Assembly (NCBI GenBank): GCA_964450845.1
Contig: CAYVGZ010000052.1
Location: forward strand, 1-10,440
Length of the DNA: 10,440 nt
Source of the DNA: an uncultured Candidatus Bathyarchaeia archaeon
GTDB taxonomy: Archaea > Thermoproteota > Bathyarchaeia > Bathyarchaeales > Bathycorpusculaceae
Direction of reading: 5' to 3'
This document shows positions 6,560-10,440 of this stretch, piece after piece (position 1 is the stretch's first letter; every line of letters begins with the position of its first letter). Position numbers and translations under genes: made by a program. Under the pieces are notes generated by a model. The model was given only the letters and a program-made list of their open reading frames with translations. It made no database searches and was not told the DNA's origin.

Positions 6560-7408
6560 TTAGATTAGTTGTGCTAGAAGGGCGGATGTACCACTTGCGG
6601 CTAGTATGAGAAGTTCGAATGTTTTGTATGCTTCTGTCATGTTTTTGGCTGTGTATTCTACTTTTAGTGCGCTGGTTCTTTTTACGTTTGGCAAGAGTTC
6701 GGCTACGTCTGCGAAGTGGCTTACTAGGAAAGTTATGGCGATTTTGACTGGTTTTTGGGCTGTCAGTGGTTTGGTTTTGTGTTGTTTGAAGCTGCTCACG
6801 GCTTTTTTGACTGCTTGTTTTAGTTCTTTTTCGATTTTTTTCATGCTTGGGCTTTTAGCTGAGACGCGGCTTAGGGATTGTTTTAGTGCGACGGTTTTTG
6901 CCCATGGTGCATATCGCTTAACATCGTCTTTCAAGAGTTGGGCTTCGCCTGCTACGAGTATTATTGGAACCTTGTATTCGCCTGCTGTGTAAGCGTTTAG
7001 AAGGAATTCGCTGGCTTCGGTTCCGTTGATTTCAAGTTTGTTTATGCTTCCTCCACTGTAAGTGTGGTCAAAAGTAGATTTAGCTGTGCCAAATTTTGCA
7101 TGATAACCAAGAAACAGTGCGACATCGCAGTCTTCTACGCCCGCAACCATGCTTAACGGTCGCGGAAAGCCTCTAATAATTTCCACATATTCAGGCAAGT
7201 CTTCCACATGAAGATTAACCATTGGTCCGTGACTGTCAGCTATGACTGTCTGCTCAAAGCCGCTTTTGTGCAGTTCTTCTGCGACGGTTAAAGTGATTTT
7301 TGTGGCTGTTTTTCTTGCCTCTTCATATAACGTGCCTTTCAAACCTAAGTGTCCGGGGATTACGACGTAGGGCATGCCTTCCATGTCAACAGAAATAAAC
7401 GCCTTCAC
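6560..7408 (-). CDS. dppA: D-aminopeptidase DppA (peptidase family M55, Zn-dependent)
   Basis: KAFISVDMEG (DxE metal ligands), ADSHG, LGYHAK, DHTYS, SEFLLNAYTAG and ILVAGE. Likely start GTG 7408 with an SD-like GAGTTGA at 7420-7414; the ORF-track TTG 7417 lies inside that SD. Confidence 0.92.
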   Translation of the reverse strand: MKAFISVDMEGMPYVVIPGHLGLKGTLYEEARKTATKITLTVAEELHKSGFEQTVIADSHGPMVNLHVEDLPEYVEIIRGFPRPLSMVAGVEDCDVALFLGYHAKFGTAKSTFDHTYSGGSINKLEINGTEASEFLLNAYTAGEYKVPIILVAGEAQLLKDDVKRYAPWAKTVALKQSLSRVSAKSPSMKKIEKELKQAVKKAVSSFKQHKTKPLTAQKPVKIAITFLVSHFADVAELLPNVKRTSALKVEYTAKNMTEAYKTFELLILAASGTSALLAQLI

Positions 7409-7446
7409 TATAATCAACTCGAATAAACAGATTCTACGAAGAATAG

Positions 7447-7460
7447 ATTAAAGCGTTTCG
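7447..7460 (-). promoter_or_regulatory. BRE/TATA promoter of dppA
   Basis: The minus strand reads CGAAACGC-TTTAAT, about 40 nt upstream of GTG 7408. Confidence 0.55.
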
Positions 7461-7615
7461 ATATCCAAATTGTTTAAGGGAGTATGTAATATTGATAGAA
7501 ATAAGATGTGAGTTTTGATTTCACCATTCATTTAACAAAATTCGTTTATCGTGAAGAATATACTGGTCCTTTGACAATTTTGCTGATGTCTCTAGGGTCT
7601 TCGATTAATATGTTT

Positions 7616-8671
7616 TTAAAGATATTGATATTTCTTGTACTCCTTGATTACTGTTGTAAGGTTTGGGACATCGAAAACTTCCTTTTTTGTAAGTTCGTTT
7701 ACGGTCGCCAAGTACATTTCTTTGATTATTATTTTTAGCATTGTATCTAGTTTTGGTGGTTTTGTTTTGACTAGTTTTTTCCAGTCTTCTATGCCTTGTT
7801 CTATGCTTGCTTTTTTCTTTGCTTCTTCCACTCCATGATACCATTCTGTCTTCATATAGTATTGCCTAGCTATTTCCTTACTTACATGCAACCCATCAAA
7901 CGTAAACCTACACTCATCCAGTGTGCCCACAACATCAACAACCATAAGCCTCCTAGAGGGATCAAGACCCAACTCAATCTTCCCATCCTCATTCACCAAA
8001 CCCGCCCTTCCAGCCAACTTGCTAATCAACCCGTCAACCATCAACAACAAACTCCTTACCTCACCCACCTCGCTATCCGTCAAACCAGCAATCCGTTGCG
8101 CCTCAGCCCAACTCACATAGCGGTCTCCTTCCTCCAATTTCGTACTCACATCAAAAATCGGCTTCTCAAGTTTCTCGCCTGCCTTTGGATAATGATCCAG
8201 TCCCAACTCCTCAAGCGTTACCGAACCCTGCTCAAGACGTTTAAAAACTGAAGAGCCTTCAGGCAACCCATTCCTGTAAATTATTTCAAGCGGAATCAAA
8301 AAATTCTTCAACTCAGGCGTGTAAACGCCATAATCATACTCAAGCTTCCCATCTTCCACATGCGCCTTAGGTCTGTACACGTTAACCAAATTTACTTCCA
8401 TAACATTGGAAGGCTGATCTAACTCGTCAAAACGCACAACCTTCCCATTCGCATCAACGAGTCCGCGATAATGCGTTTTAATGCCCTTCTCTTCAAGCCT
8501 TTCAAAGCAATACGCTCCCATCATGCACAAGGCTTTGCCTTTTCCTTCAATAAGGTCTGGCATTTCACCCCAATCAAAAACCGAATACCGATCAGAAAAA
8601 TGAAACCTGCCAATTCCCATAGTGTCTCTTGTTGGCTTTTTGATTGCTTCTAAGTCCTTTACGCTGCCCAT
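7616..8671 (-). CDS. purC: SAICAR synthetase, long archaeal type (~350 aa)
   Basis: MGSVKDL...FHFSDRYSVFDWGEMPDLIEGKGKALC, LIPLEIIYRNGLPEGSSVFKR, PIFDVSTKLEEGDRY, NEDGKIE, VVDVVGTLDECRF and SKEIARQYY. Likely ATG 8671; the alternative GTG 8683 overlaps the purE stop. Confidence 0.93.
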   Translation of the reverse strand: MGSVKDLEAIKKPTRDTMGIGRFHFSDRYSVFDWGEMPDLIEGKGKALCMMGAYCFERLEEKGIKTHYRGLVDANGKVVRFDELDQPSNVMEVNLVNVYRPKAHVEDGKLEYDYGVYTPELKNFLIPLEIIYRNGLPEGSSVFKRLEQGSVTLEELGLDHYPKAGEKLEKPIFDVSTKLEEGDRYVSWAEAQRIAGLTDSEVGEVRSLLLMVDGLISKLAGRAGLVNEDGKIELGLDPSRRLMVVDVVGTLDECRFTFDGLHVSKEIARQYYMKTEWYHGVEEAKKKASIEQGIEDWKKLVKTKPPKLDTMLKIIIKEMYLATVNELTKKEVFDVPNLTTVIKEYKKYQYL

Positions 8672-8682
8672 GGCTCTTTGCA

Positions 8683-9162
8683 CTACTTCAACTTTTTAAC
8701 CGACTCGTCAGCCTTCTCAATCTCCCTTTTCTTGGCAAGCTGATACTCTCTAACACGTTTCGCCAAGTCTGCATCCTCAACCGCAAAAATCTTCGCAACC
8801 GCAATAGCAGCGCCCTCAGGCTCAACGGTCACAACCAAGCCCACTCCACTTGGAACTCTAAGCGAAGAGTATACGTCTGCTCCACCAAACTTTTCCGAAT
8901 ACGGCGGACAAGCAATAACAGGCTTCACAGTGTTCGCATCAACAAAAGCACTCAAAGCATTAGACCTTCCCGCAACCGTGATATAAACAACCTTCTCCTT
9001 CTCAAACTCCTTCAAAACCTCCAAAACCTTTTCAGGCGTCTTATGCGCAGAAGCAACACGAAACACATAATCCAACCCTAAAGACTTTAAATAATGGGCA
9101 ATTTCACGGCAGAATTCCAAATCCCGCTCCGAACCCATCAATATTACCGCTTTACCCTTCAT
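8683..9162 (-). CDS. purE: AIR carboxylase PurE, class II-like
   Basis: VILMGSERD, RVASAHKTP, VAGRSNAL, KPVIACPP, DVYSSLRVPSG and PEGAA. SD GGGTGG at 9172-9167. Directly upstream of purC. Confidence 0.93.
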   Translation of the reverse strand: MKGKAVILMGSERDLEFCREIAHYLKSLGLDYVFRVASAHKTPEKVLEVLKEFEKEKVVYITVAGRSNALSAFVDANTVKPVIACPPYSEKFGGADVYSSLRVPSGVGLVVTVEPEGAAIAVAKIFAVEDADLAKRVREYQLAKKREIEKADESVKKLK

Positions 9163-9256
9163 GTTTCCACCCTAGGCAATTACACTGCTACAAAGCCCAA
9201 CCAACTAATTAAATTTTTAAGCACGAAACCAAACTTTAATTTCTGAGGAAACACAC
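9163..9256. promoter_or_regulatory. Back-to-back promoters of purE-purC and ORF 9257
   Basis: An AT tract at 9206-9220 reads AAAAA-TTTAATTA on the minus strand and TTTTTAAG on the plus strand. SDs GGGTGG (minus, 9172-9167) and GAGGA (plus, 9245-9249). Confidence 0.45.
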
Positions 9257-9565
9257 ATGGCTTCGCAAAAAAAGCGTAAGCGAAGCATAATAGACGAACT
9301 ATTCGGAAACTCACTTTTCGACGAAACAAAATTATTAGATGAATTTCCCGCAAGCGGCTACTCCATAAGCGTCGTGCAAACGCCTGAAGGAACAAAAGTC
9401 AAAGCCAAAGTTGGAAAAGACACAGACGCAAACACGCTCAAAAAACAGCTTCAGCAACAATATCCAAACGCACAAATAGAAATAGAAGGCGGCAAAAAAG
9501 AATCTCTAATCAAAGAAATATCAACAAAAACCCTCCAAAAAGAAAACAACAAAAAACAAGACTAA
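9257..9565 (+). CDS. Hypothetical protein, 102 aa
   Basis: ATG start with GAGGA SD. Basic N-terminus, acidic/aromatic segment IIDELFGNSLFDE, then a beta-rich segment GYSISVVQTPEGTKVKAKV. Confidence 0.8.
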   Translation: MASQKKRKRSIIDELFGNSLFDETKLLDEFPASGYSISVVQTPEGTKVKAKVGKDTDANTLKKQLQQQYPNAQIEIEGGKKESLIKEISTKTLQKENNKKQD

Positions 9566-9643
9566 CCATGCTTCGTTCACAAACCAAAATTCTAATCGCA
9601 AGTTCAATCTATATATAAGGGGGTCTAGTCACCGCAGAGCGCA

Positions 9644-10440
9644 CTACTTTTTCAAGATGGAATAAGAACCTAAATAGAAGAGCGCAAAAATAATCGCTGA
9701 AGCCAAAAATGGAGCCGTGAAACCCCACAGTGATATGAGAAAACCTGACAACGCTAAACTCAAAGTGTCCCCTGCATGAAGCCCCATCATTAACAATCCA
9801 ATATCAATCCCATAGGATTCTTCGCTCGTAATCTTTGACAAAATTCCTTCCTGACCAATACTTAATAGACCATCGACAACGCCATAAGCAACAACGAGAA
9901 CACCTGCAAACACGGAAAACGAAAAACCAAGTAAAACCAGCACAACCGTATAAAGTACTCCGCTCAAAAGTATAAGTCTCCCGATTTCAACTCTTTTTGC
10001 AAAAAGATAAGAGAACAAACCAGCTAACAAAATCTGCAACCCGATTAGAATCCCAACTGCCTCTGCATCAAACCCATTTTCACTTAAGAACAGGGGAAAA
10101 ACAAAGCCGCTTCGAAACCCAAAAGACAATCCCATCACAAAAAACAGAATTATGAACATCTTGAAAGCCTTTCCTTTCTTCCTAAAATCCAGAAAATGCA
10201 AAGCTTTCGCCACGTCAAACTTTTCCTTTCTCCTAACAGCCAACAACAGAGAAGCTGGAATCACAAGAAGCATAACTAAAACACAAAATATCATTGTTCC
10301 CTCGTAGAAAAACCAAACTAGAAGAAAACCAGCTATTAAGCTTCCAACAGCATAAGCAACGTATGCTGCCGTTCTCAAATGAACCAGAATCCTCCATTTG
10401 CTTTCACTTTCTTCCAGAAGAAAAGCCCTGTTCACTGCCC
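9644..10440 (-). CDS. Major facilitator superfamily transporter, 5'-truncated by the window edge
   Basis: The frame stays open past the window end (..GCA GTG AAC AGG = AVNR), so GTG 10435 is not the start. Multiple hydrophobic helices, a basic central linker (RRKEKF...FRKKGK) and C-terminal GFLISLWGFTAPFLASA fit an MFS fold. Confidence 0.85.
   Translation of the reverse strand, partial: AVNRAFLLEESESKWRILVHLRTAAYVAYAVGSLIAGFLLVWFFYEGTMIFCVLVMLLVIPASLLLAVRRKEKFDVAKALHFLDFRKKGKAFKMFIILFFVMGLSFGFRSGFVFPLFLSENGFDAEAVGILIGLQILLAGLFSYLFAKRVEIGRLILLSGVLYTVVLVLLGFSFSVFAGVLVVAYGVVDGLLSIGQEGILSKITSEESYGIDIGLLMMGLHAGDTLSLALSGFLISLWGFTAPFLASAIIFALFYLGSYSILKK

Noticed and set aside
6606-6992. Plus-strand hydrophobic ORF (128 aa)
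   Set aside because: Antisense shadow of dppA. The apparent hydrophobicity comes from T-richness.
3350-7428. Recurring 8-mer GAATAAAC (3350, 3951, 4965, 7421)
   Set aside because: Noticed post hoc in AT-rich DNA. One copy is inside a CDS, and positions relative to promoters are inconsistent.
7508-9395. ORFs 7508..7738, 7605..7844, 7635..7838, 7796..8251, 7923..8120, 8471..8653, 8644..9081 and 9180..9395
   Set aside because: They overlap purC, purE or ORF9257 in other frames or strands, with no motifs or translation signals.

Overview
Gene-dense archaeal chromosome segment, most likely Bathyarchaeia or another TACK-related lineage. This is inferred from BRE/TATA promoters, GGTGA/GGAGG ribosome-binding sites, an archaeal-type tRNA lacking encoded CCA, and the protein families present. 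The left half is translation and repair: tRNA(CAU), probably Ile2; a small helical hypothetical; an OGG1-type DNA glycosylase; a truncated HD-hydrolase remnant; an EF-2 paralog with intact GTPase motifs but Lys in place of the diphthamide His; a divergently transcribed atypical RIO-like kinase; and a small hypothetical. The right half is a purine locus: an enlarged, divergent PurP-like ATP-grasp protein, DppA (M55) aminopeptidase, long-type PurC and an animal-like class II PurE. It ends with a small hypothetical and the 3' part of an MFS transporter that runs off the window. I saw no mobile element, CRISPR array or rRNA. The most notable points are the diphthamide-less EF-2 paralog and its neighbours, the insertion-rich PurP-like enzyme, the class II PurE, and kilobase-scale strand-composition blocks that ignore gene orientation and flip inside purC. 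All family assignments come from motif recognition, not database searches.
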